Of a DNA stretch of 64,000 nt, positions 1-13,088 are shown piece by piece (the stretch's first letter is position 1; every line of letters starts with the position of its first letter). The position numbers and the translations under genes were made by a program. Source of the stretch: Bacteroidota bacterium (GTDB lineage: Bacteria; Bacteroidota; Ignavibacteria; Kapaibacteriales; UBA961); the NCBI GenBank assembly GCA_964204605.1, contig OZ123195.1, positions 2,415,814 to 2,479,813 of the forward strand, in the 5' to 3' direction. Under the pieces are notes generated by a model that was given only the letters and a program-made list of their open reading frames with translations, had not been told where the DNA came from and searched no databases.

Positions 1-1057
1 ATTTCTTTTGTTTTGGAAAGCCTCTATATGAACGCAATAATGCAATGCCTGCATTAGTTTTACTTTCTTTAGTCGATTCTTTTAATAATTTATCTGCTTC
101 ATTAACTAATGTATTTACTAATCTATTTTGAGCATCTACAAGTCTACGAACCCTAGGATTTAACTGCTCAAATTTTTGATCTGTAGAATGAGCAACTGGA
201 CCAGAGATAATGAGAGGTGTTCTTGCTTCATCTATTAAAACAGAGTCAACTTCATCCACTACAGCAAAAAAATGAGGTCTTTGTACCATATCTTCTGCAT
301 CATTAACCATATTATCTCTTAGATAATCAAAACCAAATTCATTATTGGTTCCATAGGTAATATCGCATCCATATTGTTCGCACCTTTGCTGAGGCTGCAT
401 AGAAGATTGTATACATCCTACTTTGATGCCTAGAAAATCAAAAACTGGTTTCATCCATTCACTGTCACGCTTGGCTAAATAATCATTAACAGTTATTAGA
501 TGAACTCCCTTAGATGATAATGCATTAAGATACAGAGGAGAAACCGCCACTAAGGTTTTTCCTTCACCTGTGGCCATTTCAGAAATTTTTCCTTGATGAA
601 GAACAATGCCACCAATTAGTTGAACATCATAAGGTACCATTTCCCAAAGCACAGATTGCCCAACAACATCATATGTATGTTTCCTTTCGGTAAGTCTTCG
701 GCATGTTTCTTTTACTACTGCAAAAGCAGAAGGAAGTAATTCATCTAAAACATTTTGAATGCTGGCAAATTCTTCTTTGCCAATTTCTTTGATTCTATCA
801 TGAATATATTGATGCTCTTCATGATCTGTATTGGAATCATTCAGTTTAGTCCTTAAGTCCTCGAGTTCTTGCTTGTATACTTCTATTTTAGACTGTATAA
901 GGGCTTTAAATTCATCGGTTTTTGTCCTCAATTGTTCGTCTGTTAAACTATATAATTGAGCATATTCTTCATTAATCTGAGTAATAACAGGCCTTAATGC
1001 CTGAACATCTTTATCATGTTTTGTTCCGCCAAATATTTTCTTAAGAATCGAAAGCAT
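1..1057 (-). CDS. secA: Preprotein translocase ATPase SecA, N-terminal part. The gene continues beyond the window start.
   Basis: Reverse-strand translation from the ATG at 1057 gives [23 protein letters not shown]... and contains the [12 protein letters not shown] Walker-A region of SecA. The ORF runs off position 1, so it is partial. Confidence 0.85.
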   Translation of the reverse strand, partial: MLSILKKIFGGTKHDKDVQALRPVITQINEEYAQLYSLTDEQLRTKTDEFKALIQSKIEVYKQELEDLRTKLNDSNTDHEEHQYIHDRIKEIGKEEFASIQNVLDELLPSAFAVVKETCRRLTERKHTYDVVGQSVLWEMVPYDVQLIGGIVLHQGKISEMATGEGKTLVAVSPLYLNALSSKGVHLITVNDYLAKRDSEWMKPVFDFLGIKVGCIQSSMQPQQRCEQYGCDITYGTNNEFGFDYLRDNMVNDAEDMVQRPHFFAVVDEVDSVLIDEARTPLIISGPVAHSTDQKFEQLNPRVRRLVDAQNRLVNTLVNEADKLLKESTKESKTNAGIALLRSYRGFPKQKK

Positions 1058-1337
1058 ATTGATTCTTTTCCTACTAACTATAAATAATCATTGTGCCCTA
1101 TTTGATACATCATATCAAAGGGAAATTAAAAATCCCAAGAGCATTCAAAATTAGCCTAATTTTTTTAAACTATAGCACCTTTTGACGCATAAAATGGAAA
1201 TGTATTTCCATTATTTTCAAATTCTGTTTATAATGTATAGTTCAGTTAGCGTATTATTGAAATATTCAAAGAATTTACCTTTCGATAAGTTCGGTATATT
1301 TGCACTGTATTTTACATAGAATTGCGGATATGATTAT

Positions 1338-2261
1338 ATGAAAATTGTAATTACTGGTGGTGCTGGATTCATTGCTTCTCACATAGCAGATGCTTATTTA
1401 GCTTTAGGACATGAAGTTTGGATAATAGATAATTTAAGTACGGGAAAACAAGAAAATATTCCTGAAAAAGCTCATTTCATTAAAATGGATGTTAATGATC
1501 CTGCTATTCATGATCTTTTCTCAAAAGAAAAGTTCGATATTATCAATCATCATGCAGCACAAATGGATGTTCGTGTCTCTGTAAATGATCCATCACATGA
1601 TGCCAGAATTAATATCCTAGGTGGAATTAATATATATGAAGCGGCTAAAAACTCTGGAGTAAAGAAAATCATTTTTGCTTCTAGTGGTGGAACAGTATAT
1701 GGCGAACAAGAAATCTTTCCTGCAGACGAGTCACATCCTACTAAACCGATTTCTCCTTATGGAGTTGCAAAATTATCCAATGAACATTATTTGTATTATT
1801 ACTATGCTGTTTATGGTATTCCATATGTTGCTTTTAGATACGCTAATGTGTATGGACCAAGGCAAAATCCCCATGGAGAAGCAGGTGTTATCGCAATTTT
1901 TACTCAAAAATTATTAGCAGGCCAGCAACCAATAATAAATGGAGATGGACTGCAAACCCGTGATTATGTATATGTTGGTGATATTGTTAAAGCCAATGAA
2001 CTAGCAATTTCTACCGATATGCAAGGCTCTTTTAATATTGGTACTTCGATAGAAACAGATGTCAATACTTTGTTTAGACATCTGCATTCTTTAATTGGAG
2101 CTACTTGTTCCGAGCAACATATTCCAGCAAAAACAGGGGAACAAAGACGCAGTGTTCTATCATATAATCACATTCATCAACAATATGGATGGGAACCCTC
2201 CATGGAAATACGTGCTGGATTAGATAAAACAGTAGAATTTTTCCGTGTACAGAGTAGATAG
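1338..2261 (+). CDS. NAD-dependent epimerase/dehydratase (UDP-glucose 4-epimerase-like, short-chain dehydrogenase/reductase superfamily)
   Basis: N-terminal Rossmann motif ITGGAGFIASHI and catalytic YxxxK (YGVAKLS). At 307 aa it is typical of the GalE/WbpP-like family. Confidence 0.8.
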   Translation: MKIVITGGAGFIASHIADAYLALGHEVWIIDNLSTGKQENIPEKAHFIKMDVNDPAIHDLFSKEKFDIINHHAAQMDVRVSVNDPSHDARINILGGINIYEAAKNSGVKKIIFASSGGTVYGEQEIFPADESHPTKPISPYGVAKLSNEHYLYYYYAVYGIPYVAFRYANVYGPRQNPHGEAGVIAIFTQKLLAGQQPIINGDGLQTRDYVYVGDIVKANELAISTDMQGSFNIGTSIETDVNTLFRHLHSLIGATCSEQHIPAKTGEQRRSVLSYNHIHQQYGWEPSMEIRAGLDKTVEFFRVQSR

Positions 2262-3214
2262 TGAACGATAATATCCCCAAAAGATCCGTCCTTGCTATTG
2301 TTGGACCAACCGCTTCAGGAAAAACTGATCTGTCTTTTCAGATTGCTGCATCATGTAATCAAAAGATAGACATAATCTGTGCAGACTCTAGGCAGATTTA
2401 CAGGGGAATGGATATTGGAACGGCTAAACCCACTAAAGAAGAACAAACAGTAATCCCTCATCACTGTATAGATATCTGTAATCCAAATGAACACTTTAGC
2501 GCTGGTAAATTTGCTAAATATGCCAGATTATGTATAGATAATAGTATTAGTCAAGATAGAATTCCAATCATAGTTGGTGGCTCTGGTTTATATATACAAG
2601 CTCTTTGCGAAGGTTTTTTTACATTTGAAAGTAAAGACAATTCATTAGATATTCGCCTAGAACTTCAAGAATTACTGTTGAATAAAGGAAAAGATTTTCT
2701 ATTTCAAGAATTGAAAAAGGTCGATCCTTCAAGTGCAGAAGAATATAGCGATATGAATCCAAGAAGAATCATGAGGGCTTTAGAATTCTATAAAAGTACT
2801 GGGCTGCAGTTTTCAAAAGAAAAAAAAGAACATATCAGTATGCCTTCATTTATAACAAAATATATTGGTATATCTTTTCAAAGAGATAAACTCTATGATA
2901 GAATAAATAAACGTTCTGAATATATGTGGAATAATGGGCTCATTGATGAAACTTCTCAATTGCTGCAGATTGGTTATGAGTCAACTTTAAATGCTTTCAA
3001 TACAGTGGGTTACAAAGAAGCAATTCAAGTATTACAAGGGAAGCTTAAGCAAAAGGAAGGTTTGGAAGCCATGAAACAATCTACAAGAAGATATGCTAAA
3101 AGACAATTAACATGGTTCGGAAACCAAATGCCAGTTCAATGGATACATGAAGAAATTCTGCAAGAATATGTAGAAACTCTGAACCTAGAAAAACTAAATC
3201 ATCAAAGATCATAG
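2261..3214 (+). CDS. miaA: tRNA dimethylallyltransferase MiaA
   Basis: P-loop GPTASGKTDLS, ADSRQIYRGMDIGTAKP and a MiaA-typical length of 317 aa. The GTG start overlaps the upstream stop codon by 1 nt. Confidence 0.9.
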   Translation: MNDNIPKRSVLAIVGPTASGKTDLSFQIAASCNQKIDIICADSRQIYRGMDIGTAKPTKEEQTVIPHHCIDICNPNEHFSAGKFAKYARLCIDNSISQDRIPIIVGGSGLYIQALCEGFFTFESKDNSLDIRLELQELLLNKGKDFLFQELKKVDPSSAEEYSDMNPRRIMRALEFYKSTGLQFSKEKKEHISMPSFITKYIGISFQRDKLYDRINKRSEYMWNNGLIDETSQLLQIGYESTLNAFNTVGYKEAIQVLQGKLKQKEGLEAMKQSTRRYAKRQLTWFGNQMPVQWIHEEILQEYVETLNLEKLNHQRS

Positions 3215-3388
3215 GCTTACTTGTATAATTCAGAATAATATGTTAATTTGACCGGCTAAAATTAAAAAACACTTTTCATATATGTATCATTATATCATCC
3301 CCTTGTGAGGAAGAGAAAAGCAGAGCTCAGGTGCAGTAATTATGAAATAGAGCAATGTTTTACTTATATCGCAAATAGAAAGGTTCCT

Positions 3389-5305
3389 ATGTCCGAAACG
3401 ACCGAAACTGCAGTACAAGAACAAGATATTATGTCTATTGTTTTGCCTGCACAACAACCTGCAACAAAAAAAAGACCATCATTAGCTGATTTATTAAATG
3501 GTGATTTTGACGTTCCTATGATGGACGATAGTACATTTGACGCTCTTTTTCAGAAAAGCTTTTCTCCTGTAAAAGAAGATCAGATGGTAAAGGGTCATGT
3601 TATTCAGGTGACTAAAGATAGTATTTTTGTAGATATTGGATTTAAGTCATTGGGAATGATTCCACGTGCTGAATTTGGTACAACAGATATCTTTAAACCT
3701 GGTGATGAGATTGATGTATTTGTAGAGAAAATCGAAGATACAAGTGGTAGAATGCTATTGTCTCGTCGTCGTGCAGATTTCATGAAAACTTGGGAAGAGA
3801 TTCTTAAATTAAATGAAACACAGCAAGTTGTTCCGGTTCGTATTCTCCGTAGAATTAAGGGTGGAATGGTAGTTGATTTATTAGGTATCGAGGCATTTTT
3901 ACCTGGTTCTCAAATTGACGTACGTCCTGTTCGTGATTTTGATGCTTGGGTTGCAAAAATGATTGATGTTCGTGTTGTAAAAGTAAATCATCCAAGTGAA
4001 AATGTTGTTGTTAGCCATAAAGTTTTACTAGAAGAACAATTATCAGATCAACGCTCTAAAATTCTTGAAACATTAGAAAAAGGTTTAGTTCTTGAAGGTG
4101 CTGTAAAGGCAATTTCAGATTTTGGTGTATTCGTAGATCTAGGTGGTGTAGACGGATTAGTTCATATTACAGATCTTTCATGGGGACGTGTTACACATCC
4201 TTCTGAAATCGTAACTTTAGACCAAGTAGTTAAAGTTGTTATATTAGATTTCGATGCTGAAAAGCGTCGTATTTCATTGGGTATGAAGCAATTAACAGCA
4301 CATCCATGGGATACAATTGGAGAGAAATATGAGCCTGGTATTAAAGTACAAGGTAAAGTGGTTTCTCTTACTGATTATGGTGCATTTATAGAGATAGAAA
4401 AAGGTATTGAAGGCTTGATTCACATTAGCGAAATGAGTTGGACTCAGCATGTAAAACATCCTTCACAGATGGTTTCTATGGGACAAGTTATTGATGCTAT
4501 TGTGTTAAATATTGATAAAAATGACAAAAAGCTTGCTCTTGGAATGAAACAATTAGAGCCAGATCCTTGGGCAGATTTATTAGCTAAATACCCTGTCGAT
4601 TCAGTTCACCAAGGTATTGTGCGTAATCTTACTAATTTTGGCCTTTTTGTAGAACTTGAGCCAGGTGTAGATGGATTAGTTCATATTAGTGATCTATCTT
4701 GGACGAAGAAAATTCGTCATCCTGGTGAATTTGTTAAAAAGGGTGATTCTTTAGATGTAGTTGTACTTTCTATTGATTCACAAAATCGTCGTATTGCATT
4801 AGGACACAAGCAAATAACAGAAAATCCATGGGATTTCTTTGCTGAACGCTATGCAGTTGGTGCAGAATCTGAAGGTAAAATCGAAAGAATTATCGAAAAA
4901 GGTGTCATTGTAGAATTACCAGAAGGTGTAGACGGATTTGTACCTGTTTCACAACTTTCTTTTGCACCTGTTAGAAATATTGCAGAATTTTTCCATGTTG
5001 GTGAAAACCTTCCTTTGAAAGTGGTAGAATTTGATCGTGAATCTAAGAAAATTGTTCTTTCTGCAGTTGAATTTTTACGTGAAAAAGATCAAACAGTCAT
5101 TGATGATTATATTGCGGCTCATCCTGTACCTAATGCAATTAAATATGCTCAAAGTGCCCCTGAAGCTGTTAATTTAGAAGCAATTGCCGAAGAGATTGAC
5201 TCATTATTCGAAGAAGTAAGTGCTCCTTCGAAAGCTAAGCCAGTTGTCGACATTGCTCCTCCATCAATTGAAGATTCATCGAATGTAGAAAACTTAGCAG
5301 AGTAA
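3389..5305 (+). CDS. rpsA: 30S ribosomal protein S1 (six S1 RNA-binding repeats)
   Basis: Repeated S1-domain motifs are present (GxV..v..fGaFVdlggvdGLvHiS.lsW). I placed the start at the ATG at 3389 (MSETTET...), which follows an aaagg RBS-like element. The six-frame ORF extends to a GTG at 3305, but the first 28 aa are not S1-like. Confidence 0.9.
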   Translation: MSETTETAVQEQDIMSIVLPAQQPATKKRPSLADLLNGDFDVPMMDDSTFDALFQKSFSPVKEDQMVKGHVIQVTKDSIFVDIGFKSLGMIPRAEFGTTDIFKPGDEIDVFVEKIEDTSGRMLLSRRRADFMKTWEEILKLNETQQVVPVRILRRIKGGMVVDLLGIEAFLPGSQIDVRPVRDFDAWVAKMIDVRVVKVNHPSENVVVSHKVLLEEQLSDQRSKILETLEKGLVLEGAVKAISDFGVFVDLGGVDGLVHITDLSWGRVTHPSEIVTLDQVVKVVILDFDAEKRRISLGMKQLTAHPWDTIGEKYEPGIKVQGKVVSLTDYGAFIEIEKGIEGLIHISEMSWTQHVKHPSQMVSMGQVIDAIVLNIDKNDKKLALGMKQLEPDPWADLLAKYPVDSVHQGIVRNLTNFGLFVELEPGVDGLVHISDLSWTKKIRHPGEFVKKGDSLDVVVLSIDSQNRRIALGHKQITENPWDFFAERYAVGAESEGKIERIIEKGVIVELPEGVDGFVPVSQLSFAPVRNIAEFFHVGENLPLKVVEFDRESKKIVLSAVEFLREKDQTVIDDYIAAHPVPNAIKYAQSAPEAVNLEAIAEEIDSLFEEVSAPSKAKPVVDIAPPSIEDSSNVENLAE

Positions 5306-5331
5306 TAATTTACTTAAATGTAGCAAACAAG

Positions 5332-5362
5332 GGCATCCGCTTTTAAGCAGATGCCTTTTTTT
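5332..5362 (+). terminator. Rho-independent terminator downstream of rpsA
   Basis: Stem ggcatccgc / gcagatgcc (9 bp with 1 mismatch), loop tttta, followed by a run of seven T. Confidence 0.7.
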
Positions 5363-5416
5363 GTTAAGTTATAGAAATCCCTTTGTGATATATTGAACAG
5401 AATTTTATAAGTAAAT

Positions 5417-7246
5417 ATGAGCAAAACTAAAGTACAATTTTCTGATATAGTAGGTGTAAAACCTATTGTTACATCTGGTTCAATAGAAATAGAATTACAA
5501 TCTCGAGGATATAAGGATTTCCCCGTGGAAGTCTATAATTTGAAAAATCCAGTAATTATTGAGCATATCTACAGAGATTTTCTGATAGCAGGTGCTACTC
5601 TATTATTAACGAATACTTTCCATGCAAACAGAATTACTTTGGAACAAGCTGGCTTAAGTGATAAAGTATATGAAATAAATAGAAAAGCGGTGTGGATAGC
5701 CAGAACAGTTGCACTACAAAATGCTTATGTAGGCGGAGTAATTGGCCCTACAGAAAAATTCTTTGTCCCAATTGGTACTTTAACAGAAGATGAAGCACTG
5801 CAAGTATTTATAGAACAAGCAGTTGCCTTAATAGATGGTGGTGCAGAATTAATAATGCTTAAATCATTTATCGATATCGATGAATTAGAAATTGCTATTA
5901 AAGCCGTTCGTTCTGTTCATAATGATATACCAATTATAGCATTAAAAACATTTCCAGAAGATGGTAGTGTTTTAGCTACTTCCTATCCATCTGATATTGC
6001 ATACAGACTTGAAAAATATGGGGTTTTGGCAATCGGTAGTAGCGGAACAGTTGGCCCTCAAAGAATGTGCGATATCATAAGAGCACTTTCTGTTACATCG
6101 ATACCATTATGCGCATTACCAGAAATTGCAATTCCAACACTTGTTGATGGCCGTGCCGTTTATAATGCAGAGGTTGATTATGTGGCCTCAGTTGCTGTTT
6201 CTTTAGTACAAGGAGGCGCATGTATCATTGGAGCCGATGGGGGAGCTTCTGTTCAACATATAAAAGCGATATCAGATGCAGTAACTAATCAAATTCCTGG
6301 ATCTTCTAAATATATTCCAAAGCTGATAAAAGAAGTAAATACATTAGCTATTGATTCCGATAAAGTTTCTTCATTTGCTGAAAAAATAGGAAAGAAATTT
6401 TTAACTACAGTAGAAGTAGAAATTCCACGTGGATTAGATATTTCCAATGTAATACAAGCTGCATCATATTTAAAAGAACAAGGTATTGATGCAATTAATG
6501 TTTTTGACGGTGCAAGGGCAAGGGTAAGAATTAATCCGATAGCTGCTTCTTATATGATTTCATCTGCCACAGGAATGGAATGTATTACTCATATTGCCTG
6601 TAGAGACAGAAATATGGTTGGTTTGCAATCAGATTTAATAGGAGCATATGCTTTAGGCGTAAAAAATATTCTAGCTGTTACCGGAGATCCTACATCAATT
6701 GGAGATTATCCATTTGCTACTTCGGTTTATGATGTTGATTCTATTGGATTAGTCAGAGCTGTAAATAGAATGAATCATGGTATGGATTTAATGGGCAATC
6801 CTTTGGGAAGATCTACACGATTTCTTATTACTTGTGCTGCTAATCCGGCGGCAGATGATATAGAAAGAGAAATAAAACGATTAGAGAAAAAAGCTCAGGA
6901 AGGAGCTACCATGTACTTTACTCAGCCAATTTTTGATATAAAAACATTAGAGTATTTTCTTGATGCCACAAAACATCTTTCTATGCAATGTATTTTAGGA
7001 ATTATTCCATTAAGAAGCATTAAACATGCTGAATTCTTACATTATGAAGTACCTGGAATGGTTGTGCCAGATTGGGTGAGAAAAAAACTTAAAGATGTCA
7101 ATACTGATAGTGGAATCGAAGGTATGAATATTGCCATAGAGTTTTTGAAGCAAGCAAAAAGTCTTGTTCAAGGTGTGTACATTATGCCACCTGCAAAAAA
7201 ATATGATATGGCTATTAATATCTTACATGCCGCAGATATTCTTTAA
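5417..7246 (+). CDS. Bifunctional homocysteine S-methyltransferase / 5,10-methylenetetrahydrofolate reductase (YitJ-like)
   Basis: The N-terminal ~300 aa form an Hcy-binding (S-methyl_trans) domain. The C-terminal ~290 aa form a MetF/MTHFR TIM-barrel (DISNVIQAASYLKEQGIDAINVFDG...ILAVTGDP). The fusion architecture is known from the Bacillus YitJ type. Confidence 0.8.
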   Translation: MSKTKVQFSDIVGVKPIVTSGSIEIELQSRGYKDFPVEVYNLKNPVIIEHIYRDFLIAGATLLLTNTFHANRITLEQAGLSDKVYEINRKAVWIARTVALQNAYVGGVIGPTEKFFVPIGTLTEDEALQVFIEQAVALIDGGAELIMLKSFIDIDELEIAIKAVRSVHNDIPIIALKTFPEDGSVLATSYPSDIAYRLEKYGVLAIGSSGTVGPQRMCDIIRALSVTSIPLCALPEIAIPTLVDGRAVYNAEVDYVASVAVSLVQGGACIIGADGGASVQHIKAISDAVTNQIPGSSKYIPKLIKEVNTLAIDSDKVSSFAEKIGKKFLTTVEVEIPRGLDISNVIQAASYLKEQGIDAINVFDGARARVRINPIAASYMISSATGMECITHIACRDRNMVGLQSDLIGAYALGVKNILAVTGDPTSIGDYPFATSVYDVDSIGLVRAVNRMNHGMDLMGNPLGRSTRFLITCAANPAADDIEREIKRLEKKAQEGATMYFTQPIFDIKTLEYFLDATKHLSMQCILGIIPLRSIKHAEFLHYEVPGMVVPDWVRKKLKDVNTDSGIEGMNIAIEFLKQAKSLVQGVYIMPPAKKYDMAINILHAADIL

Positions 7247-7264
7247 AGTGTACTTAAAATAATG

Positions 7265-7306
7265 AAAAAGCCCTATTGGATAGATTGACTATTCAATAGG
7301 GCTTTT
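7265..7306. terminator. Bidirectional intrinsic terminator between convergent yitJ-like gene and katG
   Basis: Perfect 9-bp stem gccctattg / caatagggc (7270-7278 and 7294-7302), flanked by an A-run upstream and TTTT downstream. Confidence 0.7.
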
Positions 7307-7322
7307 ACTTATATACATCAGA

Positions 7323-9548
<2,226 letters not shown>

Positions 9549-9798
9549 TTATTCCTAATTCATGTAATGATGAAAAATATATGTATGTGTTTTTAATTGT
9601 CTATGCATCAAATATGTGCGTACATATAAGGCTAAATTCGAGATTCGAGAGAAAATAATCAAGAAAGAACAAACAAAAGTTGTTGATATATGGTTTCTTT
9701 ATTGTGCTCATAATATATTTTGCTTTGTAAAGTATGTTAATCATCCTGTATGAATTCATTAATTTGGTGTGGACATAAATTTTATTTAAGGATTTACA

Positions 9799-11472
9799 AT
9801 GCAATTAGATCATCTTATAGAAAAACATGCTAATACACTTAAGCAATCGGTAGAAGCAGTTCAATCCAGACAATTCTTTGCACATTGGCCAGAGCCACCA
9901 AGTGGAAAAATTTATGGAGAAACCGCACAAGCTGATGGATTATCTACTTTTCAGGCCTCATTACATTCTAGATTTGAATTACCTCATCAATTTGGTTCTG
10001 ATGGTTATATCGGTGATGAACAGTCTCCATATGGCTTTCCTTTAGAAATTCAATATCCTTCATTTGCTTCAGAAACATTAATAGAACAAGCAGATAAAGC
10101 AAAGCAAGAATGGAAGTCTTTTTCTACAGAATTACGTGCAGCAATTTTGATTGAATGTTTAGAAAGGGCTTCAAAACATTTTTTTGAAATTGGTTTTGCA
10201 ACAATGCATACTACAGGACAAGGCTTCATTATGGCTTTTCAGGCTTCTGGGCCTCATGCATTTGATAGGGCCTTAGAAGCTATTGCTACTGGTTACATGA
10301 CGATTAATCAGTTTTGTGCTCACACAAGCTGGACAAAACCTATGGGTAGATTTGAAGTTACGCTTCAAAAATCATTTCGTATTATTCCTAAGGGCATAAA
10401 TGTTACGATAGGTTGTTCTACTTTTCCTATATGGAATTCATTTCCTGGAATATTTGCATCCTTGATAACTGGCAATACTTCTATTGCAAAAGCTCATCCA
10501 AAAGCAATTCTTCCTATAGCAATATGTATTAAATCTTTTCAAGATACTTTAGTCTCACTGGGCTTAAATCCACATATTATTCAATTGGCAGTTGATTCAT
10601 TAGAACAACCAATAACAATGCAATTAGCTAAAAATCATAAAGTTGCATTAATTGATTATACAGGAAGTTCTCATTTTGGTTCTATCTTAGAGCAAGAGTT
10701 ATCTGGTACACAAAAGCATATCTTTACCGAAAAAGCTGGTGTGAATTCTGTGCTTATTGCAGAAGCTGTTTCATTAGATGCTGTTTTAGATAATTTAGCT
10801 TTTAGTGTATCATTATATAGTGGACAAATGTGCACTGCGCCACAAAACTTTTATATTCCTAAACAAGGTGTTAAAGTAGGTGACTCTTATATCTCTTACG
10901 ATGAAGTAATGAAAGCTTTTGCTGAAAAAGTACAAGCTCTTGTTCTGAATGAAAAAATGGGTCCTGGTACTATTGGTGCTTTGCAAAATACTGCTGTATT
11001 AGAGAGAGTTAATATGGTAAGAAAAACAGGCCTTCCAATTGTATTAGATTCTCATGAAGTAAAACATCAAGGTTTTGATAATGCTTTGTCTGTTTCTCCA
11101 ATTATACTATCAGCTACGATGTCTGATTCAGACATATATGAGCAAGAATGGTTTGGCCCTATTTGTTTTATCATCAAAGTAGAAGATATCCATCAAGGAA
11201 TAGATCTTATCAGTTCTAGTATCAAAAAGCATGGTGCTTTATCTACTGCTGTATATATATTAAATCATGATGATTTATTATATGCTGAAGAGCAGATTAC
11301 AATGGCTGGAGCGCCACTTGCTTGTAATTTTACTGGCCCTATTTGGGTTAATCAATCGGCAGCTTTTAGTGATTTTCATGGTACAGGTGCTAATCCTGCT
11401 GGTAATGCTTCATTTACAGACATTACATTTATAAGTTCAAGATATAATATTGTTGGAATTAGAAAAGCATAA
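9799..11472 (+). CDS. Aldehyde dehydrogenase superfamily protein, PaaN-like (phenylacetic acid degradation ring-opening ALDH family)
   Basis: 557 aa with an ALDH-like fold. The N-terminus (LIEKHANTLKQSVEAVQSRQFFAHWPEPPSGKIYGE) resembles what I recall of PaaN/TIGR02288-type proteins. The family assignment comes from memory, not from a search. Confidence 0.5.
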   Translation: MQLDHLIEKHANTLKQSVEAVQSRQFFAHWPEPPSGKIYGETAQADGLSTFQASLHSRFELPHQFGSDGYIGDEQSPYGFPLEIQYPSFASETLIEQADKAKQEWKSFSTELRAAILIECLERASKHFFEIGFATMHTTGQGFIMAFQASGPHAFDRALEAIATGYMTINQFCAHTSWTKPMGRFEVTLQKSFRIIPKGINVTIGCSTFPIWNSFPGIFASLITGNTSIAKAHPKAILPIAICIKSFQDTLVSLGLNPHIIQLAVDSLEQPITMQLAKNHKVALIDYTGSSHFGSILEQELSGTQKHIFTEKAGVNSVLIAEAVSLDAVLDNLAFSVSLYSGQMCTAPQNFYIPKQGVKVGDSYISYDEVMKAFAEKVQALVLNEKMGPGTIGALQNTAVLERVNMVRKTGLPIVLDSHEVKHQGFDNALSVSPIILSATMSDSDIYEQEWFGPICFIIKVEDIHQGIDLISSSIKKHGALSTAVYILNHDDLLYAEEQITMAGAPLACNFTGPIWVNQSAAFSDFHGTGANPAGNASFTDITFISSRYNIVGIRKA

Positions 11473-11510
11473 TAAAAAAGCCATCTGAAAAGATGGCTTA
11501 TTACTTTTTA
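11472..11510. terminator. Bidirectional intrinsic terminator between the convergent PaaN-like and rocA-like genes
   Basis: Perfect 9-bp stem aagccatct / agatggctt with a gaaa loop, an A-run on one side and a T-rich stretch on the other. Confidence 0.75.
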
Positions 11511-13052
11511 TTTCTTTTCACTTATTGTCTTTGCTTGCATAAACAAGAGCATATAATCTCTACCACCAGCCTTAGAATCGGTGCCACTCATATTAAAGCC
11601 TCCAAAAGGATGAGCGCCAACTAATGCTCCAGTACATTTGCGGTTTAAGTATAAATTGCCACAATGAAATTCTTGTTCAGCTTTAGCTAATTTCTTTTTA
11701 TTACTTGTATACACTGCACCAGTTAGGCCAAACATTGTATTGTTAGCAATTTCTAAAGAATCTTCAAAGTTTTTAGATTTTATAACGGCTAAAACTGGTC
11801 CAAAAATCTCTTCTTGAGAAATCCTTGCCATTGGCTCAATATCGGTAAATACTGTTGGCTTTAAAAAATATCCATTCATTCCTTTTATTTTTTCTCCTCC
11901 TGTGAGAAGATTACCTTCTTTTTTACCAATCTCAATATACTCTAAAATTGATTTTTCGGCTTTGGCGGAAACTACGGGTCCCATAAAATGATTATCTATA
12001 GGATTTCCTTGTTCTAAAGCCTCTACAGCTGGTTTTAATTTAGCTACAAATGCCTTATACACTTTAGTATCTACAATCACCCTAGAGCATGCAGAGCACT
12101 TTTGGCCTTGAAATCCGAATGCTGCGGCTACTGTCCCTTTAACTGCATCATCGATATCTGCTTCGGAATCGATAATCATACTATCTTTTCCACCCATTTC
12201 TGCGATTACTCGTTTAATCCAGATTTGCCCAGGACTTGTTTTAGCAGCTAATTCATTGATTCTTAAACCTACTTCCATAGATCCGGTAAAAGAGATAAAA
12301 CGAGTTTTTGGATGTTGAACTAAATAATCTCCAGATTCTGCTCCAGAAGCAACTACATAATTGAGAACACCTTTTGGCAAACCAAGGCTATTCATTATAT
12401 CAGCAAATAACCATCCCATCATAGGTGAATCAGAAGAAGGCTTTAAGACAATTGTATTGCCAGCTGCAATTGCAGCGCAAGCAGTTCCGATTAATATTGC
12501 AAAAGGAAAATTCCAAGGTGGAATGATCACTCCAACACCCAATGGAATATAGACTGTTTTATTTTTTTCACCTTTCACGGGTATGATAGGTTGCTTTTCT
12601 GCAAATCTTAATACTTCTCTGCCATAAAATTCTAGAAAGTCAATGGCTTCGCATGTATCTGCATCGGCTTCAAGGTAATTCTTACCTACTTCAGAAATCA
12701 TCCATGCATTAATTTCTAAGCGACGTTTACGAATAATATTTGCGGCTTTAAATAAAAACTCTGCACGTTTTTTTACTGGAACAAATTTCCATGTTTCAAA
12801 TGCCTTTTGAGCAGCTTGCATTGCTGCTTCAGCATCATCTTTTCCAGATTTCTGAAAAATCCCTATCGTTTCATCAGTATTTGCAGGATTGAGAGAAATG
12901 GTTTTAGCAGTAGTTTTTACAGCTTTTCCATTTATAAAGTTTGGATATTCTTTACCAAAATGTGCTCTAACTGAAAGTAGTGCTTTTTTTTGTTTTTTTT
13001 CAATAACTGGATCAGTGAAATCTAGAAAGACTTCATTTTTAAACTCTTTCAT
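11508..13052 (-). CDS. rocA: L-glutamate gamma-semialdehyde (1-pyrroline-5-carboxylate) dehydrogenase, RocA/PruA-like ALDH
   Basis: 514 aa. The N-terminus (FLDFTDP...FINGK) resembles Bacillus RocA. The ALDH catalytic Cys region (GQKCSACSR) and the Glu motif (EMGGKD) are present. Confidence 0.75.
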   Translation of the reverse strand: MKEFKNEVFLDFTDPVIEKKQKKALLSVRAHFGKEYPNFINGKAVKTTAKTISLNPANTDETIGIFQKSGKDDAEAAMQAAQKAFETWKFVPVKKRAEFLFKAANIIRKRRLEINAWMISEVGKNYLEADADTCEAIDFLEFYGREVLRFAEKQPIIPVKGEKNKTVYIPLGVGVIIPPWNFPFAILIGTACAAIAAGNTIVLKPSSDSPMMGWLFADIMNSLGLPKGVLNYVVASGAESGDYLVQHPKTRFISFTGSMEVGLRINELAAKTSPGQIWIKRVIAEMGGKDSMIIDSEADIDDAVKGTVAAAFGFQGQKCSACSRVIVDTKVYKAFVAKLKPAVEALEQGNPIDNHFMGPVVSAKAEKSILEYIEIGKKEGNLLTGGEKIKGMNGYFLKPTVFTDIEPMARISQEEIFGPVLAVIKSKNFEDSLEIANNTMFGLTGAVYTSNKKKLAKAEQEFHCGNLYLNRKCTGALVGAHPFGGFNMSGTDSKAGGRDYMLLFMQAKTISEKK

Positions 13053-13088
13053 ATTAGTAACTTATATATAATGTAAAAAAGGGAGATT

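Noticed and set aside
1675-1917. 80 aa ORF inside the epimerase gene in another frame
   Set aside because: It is fully nested in a well-supported CDS and shows low-complexity AT-codon translation, so it is a spurious overlapping frame.
3305-3388. N-terminal 28 aa extension of the rpsA ORF (GTG start)
   Set aside because: The extension (MRKRKAELRCSNYEIEQCFTYIANRKVP) has no S1-like character. An ATG with a purine-rich upstream element at 3389 gives a canonical S1 N-terminus.
9601-9804. 67 aa minus-strand ORF in the katG/PaaN-like divergent promoter region
   Set aside because: It lies in AT-rich promoter DNA and overlaps the start of the downstream gene. It is low-complexity with no homology and most likely non-coding regulatory sequence.
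12361-13071. Two small plus-strand ORFs (12361..12552, 12889..13071) inside or overlapping rocA
   Set aside because: They are antisense to a well-supported ALDH gene, so they are spurious.
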